A stretch of 63,980 nucleotides of DNA, filler included, from Dimargaris cristalligena (taxonomy: Eukaryota), in NCBI GenBank assembly GCA_003614675.1. It is 3 parts of 3 records of this genome, joined end to end, with 100 filler letters (N's around TTAATTAATTAA, not from the genome) between each part and the next. Parts side by side here need not be neighbours in the genome. Positions count along the whole stretch, not along the records: positions 46,676 to 63,980 come from ML002810.1; 2 more parts are not named here. One strand, given 5' to 3'. The notes under the pieces were generated by a model that saw nothing but the letters and a program-made list of their open reading frames with translations, was not told the DNA's origin and made no database searches. Shown in pieces: positions 49,601-61,977 of the stretch (position 1 is the first letter of the stretch; each line of letters opens with the position of its first letter). A program made the translations under genes and the position numbers.

Positions 49601-52231
49601 ATTGAACGTTGGGTTTGGACTACAGTAGTATGACCGTGTCTTTGGCCAGCGGACTGAGGATTGGGTACCGTTGATAGTCAAAGCTCGTACAAGAAAATGC
49701 GATGATTTGGAGAAGGGGGACGCGGGTGGGGAAAAGGCACCTCCTCGGAGTAATAGATTAGGCAAGGGTAGCTGCCGATCCGACCAGTGCAATAGATAGC
49801 TCTGTAGGGCGGCGTTCATTCCCACTCACTGTTCCGATATAATGAATTAGTGTGGGTCTATTATAGTAGTATATTGCACCCATCGAGTACAGCTTTGGCA
49901 CGGGTCTGCCACCCTATAGTGCCGATTAGTCTCCATTGAGAGATCCACAGCCGCTGGCCACATTCACTTTACATTTCCCAGTCAGCCAAACTCCCCCTCC
50001 AAAAAAAAAATCCTACTTAATTGAATACCAGAGTGAGGGACATTAATTCTCCACTGGATATATCGGCTGTCAACCTGTTAAATAAATATAGTTCAGTTCA
50101 ACCAAAGTCGACGTGGCCCCTGGCTGGTTGATGCCAATTCCCCTCACGAAATCCCTCCCCCTTCTCGGCCTATGTACGCTTCTTCAAGGCGCCTTCCCCT
50201 CTCAACGCTTTGGGTGCTGGGGGATGGCCATCTATAAACAAATTTAGAAGCGGAACATCCCTCGAACAATGGGAGACAATCCGATGGGCATGCTCAGCTG
50301 GCTCCAGTTGACAAAGATACAAATGGCACCCAGAGGGGGCCAGCGGATCGGCACTCTAAAGTCCACAGTGTCCTCATTCCGCTCGCAAGTTACCGCGTTT
50401 TTTTTCTCTGTAGGCTGGTATGGTTAGACGAGTTGGGTTGTGGACTCCGGCATAGAGCGAAGACGACTAGTCGTAGAATTTGTCTCCAATCGCCGGAGCA
50501 ATGGTGTCATTTTTGGTTAAGCCGAGGTGGTGATGGATTGGCGATGTGTGTATTTGTGTGTGGTATGTGTGTGTGGTGGGTGAGGTAGACGTAATGTAAT
50601 CGAGGGACAATAATTAGCGACCGAACCCACCGCCGGTTAGGGTTGGGTGTGGGTGTCGGTAGGGTCTCAATATTTTGGCGGAGGACTCTGGCCCCACCCC
50701 ACCTATTGTTTCCCTCATTGACTGAAGAGCCATATCGGATAATTAGGTTGGTGTCATCCTGCTCAAATGGCCCCGGCGGATGTTTAGCCGGTTGACCACT
50801 CAACCAATGGGTATCCAACACTTTCGGCCACGCTGTGCAGCTTGTACCATTTAGAGTAAGCACCGAAATAGTGGTTGCACCTACTCTTTGGGCCTTGACT
50901 CCCACCCCTTTCATTTACCCTCGTCCTCCTGCTTCCATGCCATCCTCGCCTCCGGGAGTTATCCGTTTGGGCAATGATGCCTCTGGCTAGGTTGGACGGG
51001 GGCCCGGTTAATGTACATCCCCCCCATCCCACCCCACTCCACGCACACATCCACATCTACATCCACACACACACACACAGTCCCGATAGTCGTCCGTGGA
51101 CTGCAGCGGGTGACATTCTCCCCTCCTCAGTTTGTCGTTAATTATTATTTCTTTTGGGTAGTTCACTAAAAGTCATTTGATGTCTTTATACGCAGCGGAG
51201 TTCGGTTGGTCGCTGGGACTTTCCGTACTCCAGATTAGCGCGCCGCCGGTGCGGCGTGCCGTGGGTTGCGGATAATTCTGCTCTTCCACCCCCTATCACC
51301 TGACTTGGACCGGCCATCCTTTCTTTGGGGCTCTGCCGTGTCAACCATGGTGGTCCTTTTGCGGGGTTGGTTTAGGCAATGGACACACTGTGGGCATTCA
51401 TGGCCAGCAATGTAGGACCACCATAGACTATAGAGCCCATGTACGAATAGTAATAATAGTCATCATCATAATATATATCTATTTATTTAAAAAATAAGGG
51501 AAAAACAACACCGGAGAGGAATGGGGAAAGGGGAATGATGGGGCCTGTACAGTGCGTAACCCTGGGTCAGTGTTAGGACCACGACGGCACTAAGAGAGTC
51601 ATTAAAAGGGTGCTCCCTTTGGTGTAACCTCCTTGCCTTCCTGGTCTTTGTGTTGCCACCTTTCCCCCCGCCGCCGCCGACCACTGCTGCTTTATCCGTC
51701 TGGATGGGCGCCAAAGGTAAGAGGTGAACGGGGCCATGTCTCCGTTTATTTTTTGGTGTATGCTTGTCCAACCCCCCCTTCCTTCCTGCCTTACTTACTT
51801 CTTTCGTCTCCTAGACCGAGACCATTCGAGTTGTGGAGAACCTTTTCCTGCACCCCACACACACACGCACACACTCCCCCTAGAGCAGTTTTTTTTTGGG
51901 GGCCCACGAACTGGGCTGGAGGGAATTGAGGTGAGACAGGGGGGCCGTTCAATATTCCACACATGGTTAAATTTTCCTCGACTGCAGTTCATTTGGCTCG
52001 ATTCATTGCAATGGGTATAAATACTGTTAGTCGGCGGCTCCGGATTCGTTGTAATATACGCCGTATCCACATCCTGGTCTCTCCCTCTCTCTCGCTAATA
52101 TCCCTCTCCACCTTTTTGCTGTCTGTTCGACACTTGTTAGTATCGGCGCCCTTTAGTTTTTGGCCCACTCCGGATTGACCCGTCTGTTACCGCTCCATCT
52201 TCTTTACCGGTGGTGTAAATTTCTCTGCAAG

Positions 52232-52250
52232 TATATATATATATATATAT
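52232..52250. repeat. (TA)n microsatellite
   Basis: tatatatatatatatatat; a compound (CT)n(AT)n tract also occurs at ~52757-52785. Confidence 0.75.
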
Positions 52251-53009
52251 TTTATACGAGAGAATAAGTTTGCTTTCCATTCGCGGGAGTGATTGATTTC
52301 TCCAATTGTACATTCCACTCCGCTAGCGCTCACCGTTCGTCCTCCTGCCCTTCTTTTCATAGTAGGGAGTGTATTGGGGATTGCCCAGATTTGACAGATT
52401 CCTGATCGACCGCCTAGAGACTGTGCTGCCCTTTCTACAGTAAAGAGTCCCGCTGATTTCTATTAGGAAACTCGGGCGCCACATCACCGCTATTGGTGGA
52501 GCTCAGTGTTGCTCTTCAAGCCCGTCTTTATTTTACCAGGTTACTTTGTTTGCCCTATTCTATATTCATCAGCTGGCTGTGCGCTCGGTGGTAGTTTACC
52601 GTAAGTCTTGTTGGATCCGCCTCTTCCCTTCCTTCCTCCCTTCCCGTGTGATTGCTTATAAAAGGCGGCCATTTGTCCTCCCCCTTATCTTCATTTCCAC
52701 CCACGCTTCCCCCTCTATTGGCCATTTGTGACACTTTGCTAGTTCGCCTCGTGCTTTCTCTCTCTCTCTCTATATATATATATATTCTCCTTCCCTCCCC
52801 CTTCATTAATTCCCCTGTGACCACCCCAAGGGTCCCCCTCCTTAATTGTACCCAGCTACACGTATCTCGCACCTGTCCATATTTGGCTAGCACGCAAATC
52901 CATTTCTATTGAGTTCGCCTACCGATATTCCTACTCCCGACTCCCGTAATAGGAGTACATTGCTATTATTAGTATTCTCAGATATTTCTTTGGCCGCGGT
53001 TCCCCAGCC

Positions 53010-53129
53010 ATGCAGCTTACCTACATTCAGCGTGACGCCCCTCCCGGTAGCGACCCCTATTCCGATGACTACATTGACATGCCTGGTGCCCCGCCACGCG
53101 AATTCATCAGCTACCCGCACCAACGTTAA
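53010..53129 (+). CDS. Candidate 39-aa microprotein MQLTYIQRDAPPGSDPYSDDYIDMPGAPPREFISYPHQR (below the ORF-track cutoff)
   Basis: First ATG after TATAAAA (~52657) and a ~350-nt ATG-free pyrimidine-rich leader. GCCATG context, only 3 of 38 non-start codons end in A, AATAAA at ~53770. Confidence 0.55.
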   Translation: MQLTYIQRDAPPGSDPYSDDYIDMPGAPPREFISYPHQR

Positions 53130-54509
53130 GGGCCCTGCCACCGAATACCCTGCACATCTCTACCTCTCTGCATACCGTGATGAATCCACCCCCTTCCACT
53201 CTCCACGGGGGCCCAGCCGGGTTTCCGGGGATCATAATCATCTCTCTCTCTCTCTCTCCAGCGGCCTTAAGCGGGCCTTCAATTCGGCCGTTCGCTACAT
53301 TTCCCTCTTACTTAGTTTTCTCTCTTTCCATCTGTACCGCTGTTTATAAGGCCGAAATCGGCCGCAACCCAAAATACTCTTTACCCCACCTCTCCGCACA
53401 TCCCCGCATCAAATCTTGCCCGCTATTCCGTATTACCAACGCTCGCATAGGTCCTTCTCTACCACCACCATCCACATCGCCTCCTTCACAACCACCACCC
53501 CGCACATTTGCAATAATCTGTATTTAGACGTTCAGCTAGATGGATATATCCCCCTTCCGAGGGGCTAGAGTATATACTGACATCCTCACATTCTTCTAGA
53601 CGTAGAGTCACCGCTGTATGGCGGGCCTACTTATGACTACCGCACCATATCCTGAATACTCTTTCTATTTTCTTTTTTATCGCCGACATTCGGACACTCT
53701 CTGTTTCTTTTCTAGTGTGCTTTGTTTCTCCGCCACCACCACCACCTCTTAGATGTACATTTTCATGACAATAAAACCGGCGTAAAGTATAGAATGTCCT
53801 TCTTGGCTGGTGCAGTTTTTGCTAAGCATGCCATGTACTGGGGTGGACTTGGCATGTGTGAGCCACTCTAATTTTAGGTAAATCGAATGAATGTGTTTTT
53901 TTCACTCGAGATAGCGCGACTAAGCAGCCGTGCACCGTATCAGTATATTCCATCATAGGGGTGATTAGGCGCCAATGGACAGATAGGAGGTTCCTTGCTT
54001 GAGAAAAGCAGCCATATCCCCTCTGGAATAGAGACGGCAGTTTGGCCCAGAAGAGGGTACCGCAAAGTTTCCATTTACGTTTTAATTAACCAGCTGGGAG
54101 TGCCTCTAAGGGCAAGGTTCAGATTTAGTACGGCTGGCTTGCTTTTGATTGGTTGGGTCGGACTAAGAAATACTTGGGGGAACTGTGGGCCCCACACACA
54201 CACACACATTTACATGCGCGTACGCCCATAACTGCCCCGCCCCCTCCTAATAATCTACCCTCTGGACTAGCACCCTACTAAGAACACCCCAGAAAGCCAA
54301 TTCCCGATTGGGCGCATGGTCCGGCGAAGGGCTTCTGGCCATCCGCCCTTCGCTTCGGGGCTTTACCTATTTGCAGTCCTGCCTTGGTTGTACTTGTCCA
54401 ACCGCATTGGTTGCCCACATTCACTTTACTACTCACTGGTACCACCCTCTCCTTATTCTTCTTCTTCTCGGGTCTTTGACTTATTCTACCCCCCATTTAC
54501 AGCCCGACC

Positions 54510-57176
54510 ATGTACGTTCCGAAGCGCCTCTTCCAACCCCAGACCAGGGGCCCGTCGACCGCTACGCTAGCCGACTTTGGCCTGCTCCGTTCCCCCACCG
54601 GTCAGTTTCTGACGATGGAAGGCAAGCCCTACAACTATAAACAGAGCCAGCGGGACGAGCCCTACAACGAAGGGCGCTTCAGCGAGCTCGTGGCCGTCGT
54701 GGCTCGGTTGGTCAAGAAGGAACTCCGGGAGACCTGCAGGCTCCAGGTCCAGACTATCCCGGTCGATGCCGGCCCACTCGAACCCCAATGTTCGGTTTTA
54801 CACTCGTACGTTATTAATGCTCCATGGCCACTCATTATAAGTGGGACTTGTCCAGATTAATGATCTGGAACCCCATATCCAGCTCGATATCACAGTGCTC
54901 GCTGTAAATATACCCGGCACTCTGGCTGTGATCAATGGCCCGATTGGCCTCCGAAGATAGATCTCGGAGGCGCACCATGGATCCAGGTGCAATCCGTTTA
55001 AACATGTGATGTACCCTCCCCCCCTACCGTGAAGACCCCTCGATATTTACCAGTTCCGGAACTTGCAATCCGGACGGTCCCTAACCATACATTTCTATCC
55101 ATGTGTGTTTCCTCCTTATGCTACATACGGCAAATTACGTACAATCATTTAGGCCGGCTGCCTTTACTACCACCGGCAAACTCCTCATCATCGTGTCCAG
55201 TGGCCGTGAATTGTAAGTTATCCTCGCTATAAATGTATTCCGCGGTAGCCGAGCCCAAGCCGCGATCTGTGATTATCCAAGGATTGGCCCTTCTCAGATC
55301 AAAACATGTTGCAAAGGAGGGACCGAGAAGACCGAGTTAATCCTTAAAGTTAACCCGACCGTAGTGTATTCGACCCATGTTCAATACATATTTGGTGGCT
55401 GATACCCATTTGTCAATGGTACGACTAACCTTGTGCGACCTATTTCCGCTGTGCACCTGTTCCAGCCAAGGCATATGGAATCGCTCAGTGTTGATCAAGG
55501 AAGGTATGCAGGTAAGTTAGTCTAGAGGTATTTGCCGACTTCCCCCTCCCCTCCTGTGTTGGTTTATTAGTATGTCCAGACTGCGCACCCTAGATATGGC
55601 GTCTTATTAATTGTATCCATATGTGTCCCTGTTGCTTGCTTTCTATGGATGTGGGGTCTGCCAGAGCGGGTCGGTTATTCCTTATGTGCAACAGGCTCGC
55701 CAAGCGGGCTACGAGGTCCTACTGCTTAATATGAATGAGAACATTTATGTGAATGGCGAATCGACGGTATGTCTGCTCTATTTTTATCGAACTACTATAA
55801 TGGAAGGCCAGTGAAGCTGTACCCCATCGCTTGTAATTGCCATGCGGATCCCTTAAGCAATGCCAAGCCATCGGATTGTCCAGCATCTATTCACTGGTAT
55901 ATTATTATAGTTTCTCCCGAACCACCTCGGTTAATTCCCTCCTCTTCCACCTATCCTTTACTTCTTATTATCATTTTAAAAATATAACATTTAATCCGGC
56001 AATTTCTTCATCCGAAGGTGGATGTGCCTGAGACCGCCCGATTTGCTTCGATTCGCGGTAAGTCGCTGTCCTGTTTTTCATTGCCACGTCCATCGGGTCG
56101 GGCCTCTATCGCCGAATGCGGCTATATCCACCTCTCCTCCGATTATTATGAGTCTAATGGATTCCCTCCTATTTCGCCTCTATTTTATTTTATTATATTT
56201 TGTACATCCATTTATGTCTACAGAAAGCGATTTCCCCGATCAGCATTTGGCCTATGTGATGCGCGCTTTGATCAGGTACGTCCGTTACTCTCTGATGCCC
56301 ATTACCACTAGTTCGGTGATCCTTCCATTTAACCATGGCACACTCTTCACACCGATGATCGAGTTCGGATGTAATAGACTTTAATGCCTGTATCTATTTT
56401 TGGACATCGAAAAACCCTTGCCAATCCATACCATATCATGGCGCAGGCCGTGTCTCTCAAGAGACATTAACATAGTTTCCAGCGAGGACGGGTCTCGGCT
56501 GTTGCTCGAATATCTGGGACAAGAAGGTAAGGTATGCATTGTGGTATCCGACCCTCCACCGAGTGTTACATTGAGACTTGCGGGTGATCCGCCGCCTGTG
56601 GTTAATAACTCTCAATATTAGCCGGTGGCGTATCTATACTCCGAAGATACCTGCCATTAGTCTAGTAATGTATACCAGCCTTTCTTAATTGGCCACCAAC
56701 TTAAATGCTACTCCCCCTCCCTATTTTTTCCCTACAGACTCCGCCGATTTACTCCAACGAATCAAACACCTCGCCATGATTGAGTCGACCCACAGCTGGT
56801 CAGAAACAAACTCAGAAGAGCTAGCGACCTGGCTTAACCAGGTAGGTAACTAGTCGGTGTAGCATTAGTAATCGGCAATGAAGTTATTTTTAATTAATTA
56901 CAGTCGGTGGCCAAGCTCTACAGTGGCAGTTCTCAACTTGCATGTTTTTATATTTTGTTGTATTTGATTTGGTATGCGACTACTCCCTGCTTGAAACCGA
57001 CTTAGCACGCGGCCAATTGGATTCTGCGCGATGCCGCCAATGCGCAGCCGCTGGATGCTGACGGCCTAGTTCAAAGCCAATGTCCAAACTTCGCTATTCA
57101 AGCCGGCTTGGAAACTTACCACCGGGGGCATTTGCCGGCGCTAGCCAGAGACCAGATATTCGCATTTCTATCCTAA
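54510..57176 (+). CDS. FAM172A: FAM172A/ARB2A (Arb2-domain, alpha/beta-hydrolase-like) protein, 9 exons
   Basis: Phase-consistent GT-AG splicing gives TLADFG..., KLLIIVSSGREFQGIWNRSVLIKEGMQSGSVIPYVQQARQAGYEVLLLNMNEN, PDQHLAYV, RIKHLAMIESTH and AANWI. These match FAM172A motifs (GQWARRLIINE..SGTQIPFIKRA..GYGVIVLNPNEN; ALTDSVH). Confidence 0.85.
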
Positions 57177-57240
57177 ATTACGTGAATCGATTTGTGGTAT
57201 GGTATGGTCCGCCCGGAACGGAGATGTCCCCCATTGGACA

Positions 57241-58100
57241 TTAGGTCGTGGAAGTATCTCGACTAAATTTAACAATATAAAGGTATTCGATACCCGCTTT
57301 CCGTTGGGCAACAATGGATCCTAATAGTCCGTACTGATCCCGCATGATCGATATAATTTCTTGTGGTCGGTTTTGTTCGATTAGAACTAAATAAAACACC
57401 CCTCGATCGGAAAGAATCGTCTAGCCAGTAAATGTCCCTCGGCCATCGAGTGATTATTAAGTTATTCGGGGTAACAATTTACCAAATGGAGGGTATTGGT
57501 TAAAACACAATAATCATGGTTGGCCTGCTACCATTCACCATTGTAAATCAAAATTGGGAGTATCGGGCGGGATTATAAGTTTGGCTTACCGGTACTATCG
57601 GGAGGAACTGGTCAATGACCTGCCGGCCATCGATCCCCCCCCGCCCACGCGGCCTCGATCGACTGGGAGCCCACCTCTTCCGGGCTAGTGACGACGTAGG
57701 GGGGATTAAACACCAACACATCAAAACCCTGGGCCGCCGGTCGCCAGCCCCGAATAAAGTCGGTTTGAATGCAGTGCAGCCGGTGGAGCGCGAGACCGTT
57801 CCGGGCCCAGGTGGCCTGGGTCACGGGTAAAGCCCGGGGATTCAAATCGGTCACGACGAAACACGTCCCGAAGTCTACGGCCCGTGACCCGAGGACTTGG
57901 CCCGCTAGGAAAGTCGACACGATACCCGACCCCGCCCCGACTTCGAGACACCAACGCGGTTGGAGTTGGTCATTGAGAAAGGGGGCTTCCAGTTCTAGGG
58001 CATCGAGCAAGAGAAAACTGTCCTCGGCCGGCTCATACACGTTGTGGTAATCGGCTGATTTTAAATGGGATAGATCGGGTGTGGGAAGATAGGAGGCCAT
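57241..58100 (-). CDS. MTQ2: eRF1 glutamine N5-methyltransferase Mtq2/HEMK2 (N6AMT1), 2 exons, with an apparent +1 frameshift in a G8 run at 57642-57635
   Basis: LPTPDLSHL, VYEPAEDSFLLLDALE, LEVGAGSG, FNPPYV, AWAGG. After removing one G: IDGRQVIDQFLPIVP, intron (GTAAGC near 57590 to 57421), then TILSDRGVFYLVLIEQNRPQEI...RKAGIEYLYIVKF. Confidence 0.92.
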
Positions 58101-58464
58101 GGGTAAGGAAAGGCGCTGGAGCAAGGAGCAGATGGGCAAGTCAATAATGGAATAAGTGGTAAGTAACTGGAGGGGGGGCTTTAGCGAACCCTCTGCCATT
58201 TGCATCGCTATATTATTTTTTGGTCATTTTGCATTTTTCTTAAACTTCGTTCGAGGCTAATCCCCTCCTCAATTCGTTTAGCGAGGCAAATCGTTGCAAA
58301 CCCCCTTAAAGATTGGATCGTGCAGTGCGATACCGCTAGATGATTAGGACCATTGGCAGGACTTGTGCCACTGTTATTTCATGGGCTACTCCCCCCTCTT
58401 CCTTCTCCCCACATACACAAACACGCGCATATACACATTCACATTCACATATTGATAGATTAGA

Positions 58465-59643
58465 ATGTCAACCTCCCAAGAAATCGCTGAGAATCGCGAA
58501 CGACTCGACGAAGAATTAACCGCACTGGCGGCCATTTACGGAGATGAACTCCTGGAGTCGGAGACTGGTTCTGGTGACGACAAAGAAGCTCCGCTCACAC
58601 CCCGACAGTGCCGGATTCGACTAGTCATTAATGATAGTCGAGTTATTCAATTCCGCCTTTATTTCCCGGTGACTTACCCCTCCCAACACCCTCCAGTAGT
58701 CGAATGGCTATCGGCCGCCCAATTGATACCGGCCGATCTGGAGGCCTCGATAAGTGCTGCTTCTGCCGTTGTTGGCGGGAGTGAGAAAGATCCACCACCG
58801 CCGGTGTTCCCACCGGGTTTTATCACAGATATGCTGCCGGCCCTGGTGGGGATTCCACTCACCCCCGATTTACTGGCGGACCTCTCCGCGGCTTTCGACG
58901 AAACGTGGGAGACTAATCGGGGCGAAGTAGTAGTGTACCAGTGGCTGGCGTGGTTGGAAACGTATCTCCGCGACCGGTGGGCCGCCCTCCCGTCGGTGAT
59001 GGACATTGCGACCAGCTACTGTCCCCGCGCGGGGCCACCGGATTCTAGTACTGCCGACGCCAACCAGTCGCCGTCAACCAATTCCGCCACTCCAGTGGTG
59101 AAGACGGATACTACGGCCCCCCATCACTCCGCACAACACGACTTTTCTAAGTTAGTGGTGGCCCACCTACATTCGACCCCCGGCAGTGTGTTTAACGACT
59201 TGCCTCCACCGGTTATTACCACCGGAGGTCGAATCGAAGACCGCCACAGTGTGTTCGTGACACACGTCAGCTCGGTGGCCTCGGTCCACCAGGCCCAGTA
59301 CGTGGTCTGGCGGCTCCTCCAGGACCGCAAAGTGGCGCGGGCCACCCATAATATTGTGGCATACCGGATCAGATCGGAGGGCCAAGGGGGAGGAGGAGGA
59401 GGAGGGATTTGGCTACAGGACTACGACGACGATGGGGAAAGTGCGGCGGGCGGACGGTTGCTCCACCTCCTCCAATTACTGGATGTTACCAACGTGGTGG
59501 TGGTAGTTACCCGGTGGTACGGTGGGATTCAACTGGGGCCGGACCGGTTCAAGCATATCAATAACAGTGCCCGCCTGACGCTCGAATCAGCGGGCCAGAT
59601 ACCCCCGCGTGCAAGTACCCATAGGTCCAAGAAGGGGCATTAG
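58465..59643 (+). CDS. YIH1: IMPACT/Yih1 (RWD domain + UPF0029/Ancient domain), Gcn2-pathway regulator
   Basis: EELTALAAIY and FPVTYPSQHPP (RWD YPxxxP), then IEDRHSVFV, ARATHNIVAYRI, QDYDDDGESAAGGRLLHLL and VVVVVTRWYGGIQLGPDRFKHIN. Confidence 0.95.
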   Translation: MSTSQEIAENRERLDEELTALAAIYGDELLESETGSGDDKEAPLTPRQCRIRLVINDSRVIQFRLYFPVTYPSQHPPVVEWLSAAQLIPADLEASISAASAVVGGSEKDPPPPVFPPGFITDMLPALVGIPLTPDLLADLSAAFDETWETNRGEVVVYQWLAWLETYLRDRWAALPSVMDIATSYCPRAGPPDSSTADANQSPSTNSATPVVKTDTTAPHHSAQHDFSKLVVAHLHSTPGSVFNDLPPPVITTGGRIEDRHSVFVTHVSSVASVHQAQYVVWRLLQDRKVARATHNIVAYRIRSEGQGGGGGGGIWLQDYDDDGESAAGGRLLHLLQLLDVTNVVVVVTRWYGGIQLGPDRFKHINNSARLTLESAGQIPPRASTHRSKKGH

Positions 59644-61977
59644 TTTTGTGGTACGGTTAATAGCCGGCGTGGCAATGTGGCAATATCAGCCATTAATGAG
59701 CCGGCTGGGGTGAGGGAGGTGTATTGATGTAATAAAATAAACTATTTAATATATTGGGTGAAGTTCGACCCAGCTGTATAGGCTTTTAAAAGATATATGT
59801 GTATGGGAAAATAAGCGGGTGATAAATCCTTAACCAGTAGAATTGGCCTTATCCAACGGATTCTTCGTTATAGAGCCCAATTGAGCTTCTGTCTTACCGT
59901 TACTTTACATTCTAAAAGTACCCGAAAGTATGATAAGACATGGATGAGAGAATCATAGGAGGAGGTGTAATGGTCTCTCTCCAATAGCAAAGGTTTATGA
60001 CCCCCTTTTGTACTATCTCTGGTTACGGAGCTGGGAATACGAGTCGATTGGCCAATTACAAAGGGGCGACTGGCTTACTATTGGGACACAATAGAGAGAA
60101 GGTTGGTGGTAATGGTGGTGGTTATCAGTTGGTCCAATAGTATGAGTGAATGGTAAAAAATCGCTCAGCAATCCAAATTCTCAAAAGATTTAGGCAAGTT
60201 GCTAGCTAGGTATACTGTGCTAGATCTGATCTGACCAGTTATCGTAAAGGAAAGGGCCCATATGGTCCCGATCATTTGTAGCCAAGTCCGGCGATAGAAT
60301 GAGTGGCCCTTCTCCTCCCACCCCCTCTTGAACCCATTGGTACTTGGTATTCTGGTGGTGGGGTGGGTCCAGTAAATTGGAGTAGTACTAGGTGGGAGGG
60401 GGGGAAGAGGTTGTGCATATCATACAGAGCGTCCCTGATATACCCAAAATTGTCGCGGTCGGATAATTGCCAATGGCTAGGGCAACCCAAGCCAGGGGCT
60501 ATATGTATTTATATAATCACAATAATAATCGGTATTTAATTAAGCGGTGGCTGGTTGTTTCTGCTACTAGCTGCTTTGTGTGGAGGGTGTTTAATACCCA
60601 TCCTTTGATAGCGGGTAAGACTGCCTAAAGTAATAATATATATATATCAAAATATATGGTATTCCTCTTTAGGTGTGGCCCCATTAAGCTATCTAATCCG
60701 AATCCGACCGCCAATCCTGCCGCTTTATTATCAATTTAAGGCGGCCCAATCGAGCCGAGGAGACAGATGATTATACTTGTTTGGTTCAAGCAGGCACTAC
60801 CGGGTTCCTTCGACCAAACTCAAGTTTTTTTTTCGCTGGACATAGGGCCGCTGTCGTGGTGCACTATTGGATACCAGACTATATCGCATATGAAAATGTA
60901 TAACATTTAATACGTAAAGGATGCCTGCCCCTTTCCTATAAGTAAATATCCCATTCATCGTTTAAATGGCCCTGTACAGTTGGTGGTGGTGGGTCGAAGG
61001 AATCCTTGGGGCTCTCTACCTGACGGGCAGTGACTGTGCATAGAAACGGCCCAGTTGATGTACCGGAATGCCGGGTTCACACCCCAAGCAACAGTGGAGG
61101 GAGGAGGTTCCTTTGGGAAGGCTGTGAAACAGCGGGGCCCAGTCATCTACCAGAAAAACGAGTGGGTATTTCTCACCAAGTGGTTGTCAGCTGCCCAAAA
61201 TACCACCTTTCCTCGCGGTATAATGGACACACACACGCCCCCCTCCTACCTCTAAGCAGTTGGTTTACTTTTATTGTTTAATAAATACTTCTTCTACTCG
61301 CATTTATCAGTAGTAGGAGCAGTAATAGTAGTAGTTGTTGTAGGAAAGAAAGTCACTTCTTCTCCTTTTATTATTACTGTTTTGTAGTCTATTTTAGTTT
61401 GGGTTTGCCGCTATTCCAAACCCCCGGTACACTCTTTCGTATATAGAGCCGTCGTCTTATTCTATATATACTACTCACCCTCTAATTGCCCCAGAAAGCT
61501 TCTCACCCTCACGCCTCCTCACTCTCCCCCCACGCTCGTCCAACCCTGAACCAGACCCTGTCCAACAGCGAAGGCTGCTGTTCTGAATTTCCTCGTTTTT
61601 AAGCCGTCCGTACTTTTCACCAAAACCAATCCTCGTCACTACCCTTTTCTATTTCTTGCTTCTGTCTCATGCACCTTCCCCTTATACTTTTGCCCTTTCC
61701 CGACTACCCAACCGAAGCCTTGCTCGTATTGTGCCTTTGTTTTCCCCGTTGCCTATTCTAACCTTTGGTCCCGAGCCAGCCTTTCCTGCTTGTTAAGAGA
61801 GATATCCCGTTGAAAGCAATTAGTCCCGCATATAGCCAAGAATCCCTCCCTCTACGCACACACCCACACCCACCACATATACACCCCTCCTACCCACACG
61901 CGCGCGCCCTCCACCGCCCCCCTTCTTTTCCCGCGTAAATAACGTGACCCTGCGTCCCAACGAGTCTCAACGGGTAT

